The notes under the pieces: generated by a model
Seen by the model: only the letters and a program-made list of their open reading frames with translations
Told to the model about the DNA's origin: nothing
Database searches by the model: none
Translations under genes and position numbers: made by a program
DNA from: a virus
UHGV virus genome: UHGV-1374526
DNA: 64,000 bases
Strand: one strand, 5' to 3'
Shown: positions 46,103-56,495 of the stretch, in pieces
Layout of the letters: each line of letters opens with the position of its first letter
Position numbering within the stretch: position 1 is the stretch's first letter

Positions 46103-49100
46103 ATGGCTATTGACTTTAGTACCGCCAATATGTCCGACTTCACTCCGAAGTCGGGAAGCAGTATTGCACGTGAACAGCGAGCCGCAGAAAGGCACGCCGC
46201 GTGGCAAGAGACGCAAGCGCAGAAACAGCAGGACCGAGAACAGAAAGCACTGGACCGCGAGCAAAGGTTAGCGGAAAAGAAACAGACCCGTGCCGAGAAG
46301 GGAGCGACGGCGACCGCAGACTATGACACCTTCCTCTTTAAGTCTGTTGATGACTTTGCGGAGAAACAGAAAAAGGATGCGGAACACGCAAATAATGTAG
46401 AATGGCAAAATAAATCCCGCGCCCATACGGAACAAGAATGGAAAACCGCCGAGGAAAATAAAGCCCTCGACATCTTGAACAAAGGAAACCGTGGGTACAG
46501 CTTTGAGGGAATCGACTACATGAAAGACTATGTAGACCGCGGGGAAGATGCGCTGGTCGATTTGAAGGCCGCTTCCCGCGGTGATAGCGAGGCCATTAAG
46601 AAGCTTGCCAACAATACGGGACTTACCGTTGTGTCTTCTTCCGAGCTTACGCCTACGCACCCCACCTTCTTATCCCGCTCTGGCTTCGGAAGTGGAGAGG
46701 ACGGGAACCCCGTCGTAACGGAAAAGTTCCTCGCCATTGCCGCGGACAGAAACCGTAACGCAAAGGCGGTTGCCAAAGGCATTGCCAACACAATGGAAAA
46801 GGCCCGGAAGGATTACCTCAACTCGAATCTAGATGTTGGAACGGGTAAACCTACGGCGCAAGCCATCGAGACCGCACCTATTGCTTACACCGCAGAAGAA
46901 ATAGAAAGCGTCATCAATACGATTAGGCGCGAAGACATTGGCAACTATCGTGCCGCTAAGGCTCTTTACGACAAACACCGCTCTTCTTCGACGGAAGGCG
47001 TGCAGAAGAAAACCCCCAGCCAAACGAGCGTGGGGGAGCTTGGCGTTGGCGAATTCTCTGATTCAGCACCTTCATTTACTGGGAATGTTTTTGCTGAACT
47101 CGCCAACCTTTCCAAGTCTCCCAGCAAAATGTTCCAGCTTGTCCGCGACTACGGGGATTACCTTTCCCGGAGTACGGAAGATATTGAATCCCCGGAATCT
47201 GCTACAGCGGATGCGAAACAACTCCATACAGACCAAGCAAAACTCATTTCAAAAAAAGAAAAACCTGTTGAGGATAGGATTCGTGAACAGATAGAAACAG
47301 CCGACAAAATCGTAAGACGCCTCGAAGAGGACTACACTGGCCTTCCCTATCTCGAACTTCGCGACGCGCTTCTCAATCCAGAGGCCGCGGCCTCTGCCCT
47401 TCTGTCTTTAGTCCCCGGTGCTGACATGGACGCAATACGTGCACGGGCAAAGGTCATTACCGAGGAAGTTCGCCGCCAGAAGGACCGCCCTCTGACCGTC
47501 GAAAACCCCGAACAGATTGGCATGAGTGAGGCTATACTGGAAGCCGTGGCCACAAGGTTTCCGGGGGTTCCAAAATCTGCCCTGCGCCAAGCGGGAGTAA
47601 CCAAACTGATTCAGGACTATACCGCCAAAGCCACGCCGAAAGGCACTCTCATGGATGCAGTCAAAGGCGCACTGGCTAACTACCGAAGCACGGCGGGACA
47701 AATTGCGGACGTACTTACCTTCCAACCGGATAATAGTGTGGGTAAGTACGCCGACCCAATGAGCTTGATGGAATGGAGGAAGGGAACGAGGCGTGGCTCA
47801 TGGTGGTATGGCATGCCGGGCGGCCCGTCCTTTGAAGTCGGACCGGAGAGGTTGAAGGAATACATGGCCCAGTACCATATTGAAAGTACTCGCGATGCCC
47901 TCAACTCCCTCTCCCATGCCGCACGTATGGGTGACTTGGGCGTTGGCCGTGGCAGTCTCTTTGCGTACAATCCGCACACCAAGGAAGTTGATACGAACGC
48001 CACGCTCGAACTGAATCCCAATGCTCTCTACAATGATAAGCTGATGGACCAGAGCATTGAGGCTCTCCGTGCTAGTGGCGCGGACGAGAAGCTTATCAAT
48101 CGCACCATTGAGAAGTTCCAGAACCTCCGCAAGAAATCCGCACAGGAACTTGTGAAGGACAACATGGCATTGGACGAGACGCTGGGGACGCTTCGCGATA
48201 CGTGGCTTGGCTCCGGCTTGCAGTTCAACCCTGTCTTGACTGAATCCATGAAGCATCTGGACAAGTACCTTTCCTTCAAGAATTTCTACAACGAACAGAA
48301 GGAAGCGGGCAAGAGCGACGAGGACATCCTCTCCGCATGGCAGGAGAAAGGGCAAGCCACCTTCGATTCTGTTCTCCGTGGGTTACAGATAGGTACACAC
48401 AAGGCAATCGACCTTGGGACAAGTACCGCCTATGGTGCTCTTCTCTTTGCACAGAATGCAGTTGGCAGTCGTGCGGCGATGGAACATACCCGCACCCTCT
48501 GGGACCAGCTGAACAAAAAACAGGAAGCAGAAGCCGAGTTGGTTCGAGGCAATATCCTTGCGGACTATACTGCGGAAATCGCTAACCTCGGCTACCAAAT
48601 GGTAGCAACCGCGGGGGCTGGTAAAGTTGGTGGCCTCGCTGGCCGTGCACTGACACGTACCGCGCTCAATAAATTCATGAAGGCAACGGCTAACGTCGTA
48701 GCGAAGCGGGCCGAAGCTCTTGTCCCTGCCGCCCGTCCGGGATTGGCGGGACGTTTGAGTGGAACTATTCAGCGCAACCTCGACAACCTTGCGGCGTTGA
48801 ACCTCGAACGGGCAGGAGCCGGAGCCGGGGTAAATCTTAGCATCATCTCGCAGGTTGCACCGAATGCTTACTCCGACATCTTCTATACCATTTATGATAG
48901 GGAGATGGAAGGGAAGGAACCGACTGCCGAGAACACGAACAGGGCACAGAGCATTGCCAACATGCGTGCTCTCTTTGGTGCGGCTCTCGTATCTACTGGT
49001 AGTACTCTCATCAACAACCGCGCAGGTATGGATTCCTTCATGCGTAAGATTGTTGGGGCTAAAAACCTTCGCGGTCAATCTCCATTCCAAACTCTTGAAC

Positions 49101-52100
49101 GGAAGATGGCCGGATGGAGAAGCAAGCCATTTAAGGAGATGAACACGAAGGAAAAGACGTTTGCCGTTGCTTCCTATCTGTACAGCCAGAGCAAGGCCGT
49201 AGTGGAAGGAGCCACCGAAGAACTGGCAGACGAATTCCAAGAGTGGGCGTTTACCGAACTGGTGAAGAACGGAGAAATCTCCGAATCCTCTATTGCCACT
49301 ACTGACCAAGTGATTAGCACAGGCATGAAGATTGCTTTCCTCGGAGGTATCGGCGGCTACGTTGGTAGCCACTTAGCTGGTGAAGGGAACATACGTTTCC
49401 AAACCGAAGCCGCTCCCACTCTCGATGTAAAGGATGCTACTTCCATGCTACCGGATATTACGAAAGATGCGAGCAACATCATCGAGGAAACGGGCAAAGC
49501 CATTACCAAAAACAATGTGCCGGAAAGCTTGGTAGAAACCGGAAAGAAGGTTATCGAGATTGCCGGGGAGAAGGGAGATGCCGCGGAAGTTGCCCGCGAA
49601 TGGGTGGACAAATCCATTGCCCATGAAAGTCTGGCAGTCTCCGATGAAACCCGCAAGGCGTGGGTGGAAGGAGCAACCCGTATGGGCATCAGCAACTTCA
49701 CCCAGTTCCGCAACCTAGTGGAACGGGCCTCCGAAATATATACCTATGAGGGCAGTGCCGCGGCAAGCTCATTCATGGCAGAAGCCATTAACGACCTGCC
49801 CAATACCCTGTCATTCCCAAATAAGGAAAACCTCGACACCATGCGCACCATGCTTTCGGAGGCCCTTGATGCTATGGGAGACCGGGTTCAGGTTATCGAA
49901 GTAGACGACGACCTGTCCATCATTACTACAGGGGACGAGGACCTTGATGCCGCCATTAACGTTATTAACGGATTGACGGAAGCCGCGGCTACCACGGAAC
50001 CCAAGGAATCCCCGGCTACCGCGGAACCCACGGAATCCCCGGTAGCTATTGCCCGGAAGGAGAGGGACAATGCTATTGCCCCCATCACTGCTATGGTAGA
50101 GACGGGAGTAGTTACCCCAGAAGCTACCGCTTCCGTGGATAACATGGATGCGGCAATCACCTCGTTCGACCCCAACACCGGGGCATGGCTCTCATCCGGT
50201 TCACCTCTGGACCGCGGCGCGAAGCTCGTCTCCCTGAACGAGATGACCGGGATTAACGCCCCCATGATTACCAGCAACACGGGAGAAACCGTTGTCATCG
50301 CTCCGCACGCAAGCATGTACAACACAGGTGAGGGAGGGACACCCAGCACCAAGTGGGGGGACAAGGTCTCCGCTCTCAATCTCCCGACGGATGGGACTGG
50401 CGCAAATGCCTACGGCACGCTTCGCGGCCTTCAAGTTAATGCCTCCCCCGCACAGGCCGCGGCCATTGATGGAGTGCTCCGCGCACTGCATGCCGCTGGT
50501 TTGGACGTCGCTATCCGTGCAACCAATGCCCCGGCGAACATCTCTTCCCCTGCCAGTATCACCTACATGAACGGCACGGACGGGAAGCTTGTCGGCGGTG
50601 TCATTGACCTGTACGTGAACCGGGATAACCCGATTGAAAGCGTAACGGGAACGGTACTACACGAAGTCATCCACCTCATTGACCGTCATCTTCGTACCAC
50701 CAACACGGACTATTCCCAGCGGATGGATAGGATTAGAAGCGCGATTGCAGAGAACTACAACAACATTGTCGATAGTCTCTCCGCTATGTATGACGCTAGC
50801 GTGGACATCAATGAGATGAACGCCATCGCCGCGCTCGCTTCCGACCTCAACTACGGTCTCCGCGGTGCGGACGAATTTGCCAGTGTCGCGTTCTCCAATC
50901 CTGTCATGAACTTCATGGTAGCGGAAGCTAGCGGAGACAATATCACCATCACGGATTTGGCTCGCTATGCCGAAGCGGCGGGAGGCCGGAAGCCCGTGCA
51001 CGTGCGCCTCGTCGAATGGCTTAAAGATTTGATTAGGGACATCAAAGATACTGCGGACGATATGGACGGAACCACCGCCGCAGAACGCGTGGCTGAATGG
51101 GATTCCTATGTGGCCCGCGTCGCGGACATGACCCCCGGCAAGTGGTTCGATATGCCTCGCACTCCGTCATGGAAAGTAGATGATACGGATTATACTATGG
51201 GCAACGGGGTAGATTATTTTAACCCGATGGCCTATGAGACCGACATGACCCGGAGATTGTCCTTCGGCCTTGGCGCAGAAATCATTGGCACGAAGGCCGG
51301 GAACTGGGTAACTAGTATTAAGAACGTATGGCAAGGCGTGTCTAAGGGCTTGGACAAAGCAGGCATCAATGTTAAGTCCGAGGAACAGAAGCTGGTTGTG
51401 CTGGAACAAATGGCCAATGTTAATGCGGCGTATGAACGCAGTATTAAACGCATTGACAAAATTGGTGATATGCTTCAACGCCGTGCGGATAATCTGGGCT
51501 GGGATGCCGCTACGCGAAAGAAATGGAGCAAGTCCATTCTTGACATGTCGGGGAATATGGACAACGATATTGACCCTGAAACTGTTGCACGCATTAACGC
51601 AGAGGCTCAAGCAGAAGTTCGTCAGCATGAACAGACCCGCGACTTCCGTATCGCGTTGGCTAAGAAGACTGTCACCGATGCCGTCAATAGGCACGCGGAA
51701 GCGGTGCGTCTGGCTAACTCCCTTGCGCTTAATAGTGAAGGGCGATTGGAAATCAACGACATGATGCGCCGGATTAAAGACATGAGCGGCAAGGGATATG
51801 GAGCCATGCTGGACAAGCAGGTAGCTCTCCCCATGCTCTCCCAGCAGATTCACAAATCTCTCTCCGACCTTGGCTCTCGTATCTCCGCGACGGGGGATGC
51901 CAATCTGGATATCACCTACTTTGGCCTTGCCCGCGACACGCAAAACTATCTCGCGGATATGATTAACGAAGTGGATAGTCCCTTCTCTATGGATGAACTT
52001 CTGGACAGGTGGTCCAACCTTCGCAATGACTTCCTCTATGCGGAGAGTACAAACCATCCCGTCATCGCTCCTATGATTCAGGACATCGCTAAGGCACGGG

Positions 52101-55100
52101 CCGAAGCTAAACAAATCATCCGGGAAGCCAATGATGATTTCCACGCCGCAACAAAGAGGGCAGGTGTAACTCGCGCTGGCGTAGCTACCCCTGCTGGTTC
52201 CGTGTGGCTGAAACGAGACAACGCTATCCTCAATGCTCGCCGTCAAAAACAAGCGGAGTATATGGCTAAGCGGGATGCCGCTGAACAGTGGCTTCTGTCA
52301 CAAGGAGTTGTAGGCCAACTGGTCCACAATGTCATCGCCGATTCCCGTAAAGAAATTGCCGCAACGCAAATCTCTATTGCCAAGCTCATTGGAGATAGCC
52401 GTATGGCTGACAACGCCGCGGAGATGAATTATCTTCATCGCACCTACATGGCCGTTGGACGCCATGCCGGAGACTTCACCCGGACGATGAAGGACATCAT
52501 CGCAAACCCCAACGGAGAACTGGCGCAGAAATACGATGGTCTGACGAAACTGTTGCAGGAAGCCGCAATCTCTCATGCCGAAGCGCACCAGAGAGAACTA
52601 TCCGAAAACGTAAGCCAAGTGCTGGACAACATGCAGGCATTGGCCGCGCTCCACGACGAGTTGAAACTTCCGCTGGTGTCAGCTCCCACGGGAGCCTCTT
52701 CGAATTATAAACTCCTGTTCGAAGGTGTAGCCAAGAACTACAGGACCAGAGAAATTCTTGACTTCATTCAGAACAACTTCGGTCAGGTTCAAATGCTTGC
52801 GGACTTGAGGGACGGCCACAACATCAGTGCCATATATAATAAGGCCATGAGCATGATAGCACAGGCAGACTATCGCACGAAGTCAAAGATGACAGAGAGG
52901 AAGGAAACTCTGGACATGAATGCCAGAGATAGTTTCCTCGCTGATGTCTTCTCCAGCCTTCCGGGAAAAACGATTGCGGACAAAATCGGCAGTCTTCAAT
53001 CCCCGGCATCCGTGGCTTCCGAAGTGAACAAGGCCATCCCCACTATCCCGACTTCGGCCATTGACCAGATATGGAACACGCCTAATATGAATGCCGCAGA
53101 ACGACTGGACAAGACGCTCAATCTTCTTCGCGGTCAGGCTGGCGTTCTCATGAGGATGAACGGCATGGGCAACGTCATCTCCGCTACCGACTTGAAAGCG
53201 TTGCAATATCCGGAACTCTCCCGTCTTGCGGTGAACGATGCCATGAAGGCCATTGACGAAGTACTGTCCAAGAAGAGGACGAATGAAGATGCGCTGGCCC
53301 AGCGGAAACGCTTGCCCGAATGGCAGAGGAAAGCTATGTATGAACTTAGCGACCTCACCATTGGGGATGCCATTGGGACGTTACAGAATACCCTATCCAT
53401 GCAGTCGAAGATTGCCGTGAACCAGTTGCTTGCTGACGAGTATACCTCCGTACTGAAAGCGCAGGGTGTGGTCGTACCCCCGAATTCCACGAACCGTACT
53501 TCGGACATGGTGGAAATCTCCTTGAAGAATACGAAGAATGCGTTGAACGGAATGTACGCCGACAAGGATGTAGCCGATGCCATCTACCGCATCTACAGGC
53601 CGAGCGACGACATCCTGAATAGCAGGACGGACGACTATAAGGAGGTCCGCGAGTACTGGCAGAAGTCCGGCAAGGGGCAAGGATGGTGGAGTAAGGCGGG
53701 TGGCTTGGCTAACCTTTCTGTCTTAATAGCGAGTCCTAATTCCACGTTACGTAACTTATATGGTACAGTAGCTCAAATGACCCATGCGGGTGCACTTCCA
53801 TTCACGGGGAGTAAAGAAATCGCAAAGCTTATCGGAGATTGGAGCCAGATGTATAAACTGCGGAAGTTGTCCCGCGGTAAAGACCTTGCTTCACAGGCTT
53901 CCGCGGATAGACTGCTGGCCGCGGAAGACAGGTACAACGAGAAGATTCGCTACTGGCAAGAGCTTGGTCTGCTGGACGCAGGTCAAGGGGAGTTCCTGCG
54001 CAACGTCTGGAAGTCTGACGAGTTCAGTAAGATGGCAGGAGAATTTGAAGAAGTGAATGAGGATTCCTTCTTCAAACTGGCCGAAGCTCTGAACGAGAAA
54101 CAGGAACGGACGAAGGGCGAGGTGGCTAAGGATGTCGCCAAGACGGCGGGCAAAGTCGTAGCATGGCCCATCAAAACGATGTCCTTCGCCTATGGCTTGC
54201 CGGACGCGGCGGCCAAGATTGCTCTCTTCACTAACCAGAGAGCGATTGCCGATACCCAATTAAAGGTACAACTGGCACGGGCGAAAGGCAAGGCCAACCC
54301 CAATGCACGGGACCAGATACTCCTTGACGCGAGCCAGACTACCCAGAGTTGGGATGCTTATGTGGACAGGTATACTGCCAACATGGTGAAGAGCTTGCTC
54401 CCCACGGGTTCGCGTACTCCTTCGTGGGTGAAAACCCTGAATATAGTTGCGGCTCCGTTCTTCATGTTCCAGTACCATACCTTCCAGTCTGTAGCCTACA
54501 ACCTTGGCCACGCCATAGGTGAAGGGGTAGACGGTGTGTGGGCTATCAATAACGGCATGAAGAAGGAGGGGGCTTACCTCTTGGGACGCGCTATCCTTCG
54601 CATCGCTGGTTCCGCAGTAACTATTGGTGCAACCTCTGCGGTCTCTTCCTGGGTTGCCCGACAGATTATCGCCAGTGTCTTGGGAGATGACGATGACCAT
54701 AAAATCATTGACGACGCGGAAGTCATGAGGAAGCTGGCAGATAGTGGGCTAATTCCTGACTATGATAAGTTCGGGGACTTGATTGGCATCATAGATATGA
54801 AGCGACATGAGTTCGAGTATTTGACCCTTGAATACATGAACCCGTTCAAGACCATCAGGGTGTTAGCCAAACCCCTGCCCAGCCTCTTCATGGATATGGA
54901 TGTGGACAAGTGGGGGATGAACAAGGTTGCCGAACTGAAAAACCTGCTGGAAAATACGGTGCTTGAAGAATCCCTCCTTCTGAACACAGCTACTGAATTG
55001 TTTAATGAGGAAGACTTCAATTACAAGCATAGCCTCTCCGGTGATGAAAGCGTCAACGTTCTCCCGGCAGTCGGCAACGCAATCCTGTTGGCCGCAGGGC

Positions 55101-55798
55101 TGAACCCCTCGTTCGGCAGTGGACACACGTGGCAAGCCCTTGAACGTGTCGCGACGGTTGCCAATAAAAAGATTCCCGTCTACGGCTGGTTAGTCAAGTC
55201 TGGTAAACAAATGTTTAGTGATACGCCCGACATGAGTGCCGAGGCATACGGGTTACAGACCTTTGGTACTGGTCTCCGTCGTCCGAAGGATTTGACCGAA
55301 GCCCTTGCCGCCGGGTTAAAGAATGCCAACGCGGCAGTCACTAAGTCGAAGCGAATGAGCGTCCTTCGTCCGGACTTCTACAAGAGAATGGAATCCGGGG
55401 TGGATGTGGAATCTATGGAAGCCGTGGAAACCGCGGATGCCGTGAAGAATTTCACCAAGCTAGTCAATAGTGTCCGGTTTGTTACGGAAATTACAAACAT
55501 GCTTGACCCCGCTCTGCGGAAGGAAGTTCTGGCTTCCGCGATTGAGAGTTCCGGTATGAGTGCCAAGACCTACGGCGCGGCCATGAAAGGCATCATGCCC
55601 TACATCATTAGCCCGCAAGCAGGACGTGAGGCTATCGCGAAACTCAACCGCGAATTGCAGAAGTCTAATACCACGGACGAGGGCAAACGCCTAATCGAAG
55701 AGCAGAAGAAACTCATTATCAACCTCATGAGGAAGGGTAGCATTCAGATTGATGGGGCATTGAGTGCGGAGGAAATTCATAATCGGATGAAGCAGTAG
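46103..55798 (+). CDS. Giant virion/ejection protein (3231 aa) with zincin-like HExxH motif
   Basis: It is a single uninterrupted ORF. HEVIH lies within TGTVLHEVIHLIDRH at ~50650-50700. There are long helical regions and Gly/Ala-rich segments, and the gene sits after the tail genes. No polymerase catalytic motif was recognised by eye. Confidence 0.6.
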   Translation: MAIDFSTANMSDFTPKSGSSIAREQRAAERHAAWQETQAQKQQDREQKALDREQRLAEKKQTRAEKGATATADYDTFLFKSVDDFAEKQKKDAEHANNVEWQNKSRAHTEQEWKTAEENKALDILNKGNRGYSFEGIDYMKDYVDRGEDALVDLKAASRGDSEAIKKLANNTGLTVVSSSELTPTHPTFLSRSGFGSGEDGNPVVTEKFLAIAADRNRNAKAVAKGIANTMEKARKDYLNSNLDVGTGKPTAQAIETAPIAYTAEEIESVINTIRREDIGNYRAAKALYDKHRSSSTEGVQKKTPSQTSVGELGVGEFSDSAPSFTGNVFAELANLSKSPSKMFQLVRDYGDYLSRSTEDIESPESATADAKQLHTDQAKLISKKEKPVEDRIREQIETADKIVRRLEEDYTGLPYLELRDALLNPEAAASALLSLVPGADMDAIRARAKVITEEVRRQKDRPLTVENPEQIGMSEAILEAVATRFPGVPKSALRQAGVTKLIQDYTAKATPKGTLMDAVKGALANYRSTAGQIADVLTFQPDNSVGKYADPMSLMEWRKGTRRGSWWYGMPGGPSFEVGPERLKEYMAQYHIESTRDALNSLSHAARMGDLGVGRGSLFAYNPHTKEVDTNATLELNPNALYNDKLMDQSIEALRASGADEKLINRTIEKFQNLRKKSAQELVKDNMALDETLGTLRDTWLGSGLQFNPVLTESMKHLDKYLSFKNFYNEQKEAGKSDEDILSAWQEKGQATFDSVLRGLQIGTHKAIDLGTSTAYGALLFAQNAVGSRAAMEHTRTLWDQLNKKQEAEAELVRGNILADYTAEIANLGYQMVATAGAGKVGGLAGRALTRTALNKFMKATANVVAKRAEALVPAARPGLAGRLSGTIQRNLDNLAALNLERAGAGAGVNLSIISQVAPNAYSDIFYTIYDREMEGKEPTAENTNRAQSIANMRALFGAALVSTGSTLINNRAGMDSFMRKIVGAKNLRGQSPFQTLERKMAGWRSKPFKEMNTKEKTFAVASYLYSQSKAVVEGATEELADEFQEWAFTELVKNGEISESSIATTDQVISTGMKIAFLGGIGGYVGSHLAGEGNIRFQTEAAPTLDVKDATSMLPDITKDASNIIEETGKAITKNNVPESLVETGKKVIEIAGEKGDAAEVAREWVDKSIAHESLAVSDETRKAWVEGATRMGISNFTQFRNLVERASEIYTYEGSAAASSFMAEAINDLPNTLSFPNKENLDTMRTMLSEALDAMGDRVQVIEVDDDLSIITTGDEDLDAAINVINGLTEAAATTEPKESPATAEPTESPVAIARKERDNAIAPITAMVETGVVTPEATASVDNMDAAITSFDPNTGAWLSSGSPLDRGAKLVSLNEMTGINAPMITSNTGETVVIAPHASMYNTGEGGTPSTKWGDKVSALNLPTDGTGANAYGTLRGLQVNASPAQAAAIDGVLRALHAAGLDVAIRATNAPANISSPASITYMNGTDGKLVGGVIDLYVNRDNPIESVTGTVLHEVIHLIDRHLRTTNTDYSQRMDRIRSAIAENYNNIVDSLSAMYDASVDINEMNAIAALASDLNYGLRGADEFASVAFSNPVMNFMVAEASGDNITITDLARYAEAAGGRKPVHVRLVEWLKDLIRDIKDTADDMDGTTAAERVAEWDSYVARVADMTPGKWFDMPRTPSWKVDDTDYTMGNGVDYFNPMAYETDMTRRLSFGLGAEIIGTKAGNWVTSIKNVWQGVSKGLDKAGINVKSEEQKLVVLEQMANVNAAYERSIKRIDKIGDMLQRRADNLGWDAATRKKWSKSILDMSGNMDNDIDPETVARINAEAQAEVRQHEQTRDFRIALAKKTVTDAVNRHAEAVRLANSLALNSEGRLEINDMMRRIKDMSGKGYGAMLDKQVALPMLSQQIHKSLSDLGSRISATGDANLDITYFGLARDTQNYLADMINEVDSPFSMDELLDRWSNLRNDFLYAESTNHPVIAPMIQDIAKARAEAKQIIREANDDFHAATKRAGVTRAGVATPAGSVWLKRDNAILNARRQKQAEYMAKRDAAEQWLLSQGVVGQLVHNVIADSRKEIAATQISIAKLIGDSRMADNAAEMNYLHRTYMAVGRHAGDFTRTMKDIIANPNGELAQKYDGLTKLLQEAAISHAEAHQRELSENVSQVLDNMQALAALHDELKLPLVSAPTGASSNYKLLFEGVAKNYRTREILDFIQNNFGQVQMLADLRDGHNISAIYNKAMSMIAQADYRTKSKMTERKETLDMNARDSFLADVFSSLPGKTIADKIGSLQSPASVASEVNKAIPTIPTSAIDQIWNTPNMNAAERLDKTLNLLRGQAGVLMRMNGMGNVISATDLKALQYPELSRLAVNDAMKAIDEVLSKKRTNEDALAQRKRLPEWQRKAMYELSDLTIGDAIGTLQNTLSMQSKIAVNQLLADEYTSVLKAQGVVVPPNSTNRTSDMVEISLKNTKNALNGMYADKDVADAIYRIYRPSDDILNSRTDDYKEVREYWQKSGKGQGWWSKAGGLANLSVLIASPNSTLRNLYGTVAQMTHAGALPFTGSKEIAKLIGDWSQMYKLRKLSRGKDLASQASADRLLAAEDRYNEKIRYWQELGLLDAGQGEFLRNVWKSDEFSKMAGEFEEVNEDSFFKLAEALNEKQERTKGEVAKDVAKTAGKVVAWPIKTMSFAYGLPDAAAKIALFTNQRAIADTQLKVQLARAKGKANPNARDQILLDASQTTQSWDAYVDRYTANMVKSLLPTGSRTPSWVKTLNIVAAPFFMFQYHTFQSVAYNLGHAIGEGVDGVWAINNGMKKEGAYLLGRAILRIAGSAVTIGATSAVSSWVARQIIASVLGDDDDHKIIDDAEVMRKLADSGLIPDYDKFGDLIGIIDMKRHEFEYLTLEYMNPFKTIRVLAKPLPSLFMDMDVDKWGMNKVAELKNLLENTVLEESLLLNTATELFNEEDFNYKHSLSGDESVNVLPAVGNAILLAAGLNPSFGSGHTWQALERVATVANKKIPVYGWLVKSGKQMFSDTPDMSAEAYGLQTFGTGLRRPKDLTEALAAGLKNANAAVTKSKRMSVLRPDFYKRMESGVDVESMEAVETADAVKNFTKLVNSVRFVTEITNMLDPALRKEVLASAIESSGMSAKTYGAAMKGIMPYIISPQAGREAIAKLNRELQKSNTTDEGKRLIEEQKKLIINLMRKGSIQIDGALSAEEIHNRMKQ

Positions 55799-55814
55799 TC
55801 CTCTGTTTATATCC

Positions 55815-55843
55815 TTGACCTTCGGGGGCATGGGAGATATAAT
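55815..55843 (+). promoter_or_regulatory. Consensus sigma70 promoter TTGACC-N17-TATAAT whose -10 is flanked by a perfect 12-bp inverted repeat GGGCATGGGAGA / TCTCCCATGCCC (55826-55855); leaderless ATG at 55850
   Basis: Direct reading. The start codon lies inside the right arm. Confidence 0.55.
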
Positions 55844-55849
55844 TCTCCC

Positions 55850-56455
55850 ATGCCCTCTTTTCGTATAGTACCCAATCATATCATGGCCACCCCTCCGGGA
55901 GGCTGGAAGTTTATTGTCCCTGAATCCATGAGTGTCAGGCTCAAGGGAACCAAGGTTTCCGCGGGTTCACTGGAACAACTCCGCAAGGCGGTCGCCCGTC
56001 TCTTCATGAATAACGGAGAACCCTTTCAGGTTGCGCTCTTTGAATCAGAGCTTTGCGCTTCTCTCCCTCCCCAGTACTGCACCACCTGCGGTGATAAGGG
56101 AATTGAATGGAAGGAGTATGAACCCATGAGTGCCAAGAAGATATTGGCCTTCTTCGGTACTATGGTTCTCTGGTATCGACGGGGACACAGGTTTGTAGAC
56201 GAGGCAGAAGCTCGCCGCCGCTATGCTATCTGCGCCTCCTGTCCGTATGCTACCTCTACGCCTCCCCCGGATTTAGAGAAGCAAGGGTGCGCCACATGTG
56301 GAGCCGAAGGAGCTGGCCGCAAATTCCTCAAGGAAAAAATCTCCGGGCTTGCGGACCTGACCAACGGGAAGGCCCCTCTCTATTGTACCTTATGTGGTTG
56401 CGACCTATCAGTAAAGGCTCACTTCGATATTGAATCTGACTGCTGGCTAAAATAG
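55850..56455 (+). CDS. Cys-rich hypothetical protein (CTTCGD, CASCPY, CATCG, CTLCGC)
   Basis: A 201-aa ORF with several CxxC pairs. Confidence 0.45.
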   Translation: MPSFRIVPNHIMATPPGGWKFIVPESMSVRLKGTKVSAGSLEQLRKAVARLFMNNGEPFQVALFESELCASLPPQYCTTCGDKGIEWKEYEPMSAKKILAFFGTMVLWYRRGHRFVDEAEARRRYAICASCPYATSTPPPDLEKQGCATCGAEGAGRKFLKEKISGLADLTNGKAPLYCTLCGCDLSVKAHFDIESDCWLK

Positions 56456-56458
56456 TCC

Positions 56459-56486
56459 TTGACATTATTTCAAGTTGATACATACT
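56459..56486 (+). promoter_or_regulatory. Sigma70-type promoter TTGACA-N16-CATACT (near-leaderless; ATG at 56496)
   Basis: Direct reading. The -10 is imperfect. Confidence 0.4.
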
Positions 56487-56495
56487 TCCCTCCGT

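Noticed and set aside
46103-55798. Giant protein as a virion RNA polymerase
   Set aside because: No DxDGD, T7-like motif A/C or N4-like catalytic motifs were found by eye. Only the HExxH is evident. This is left open and not asserted.
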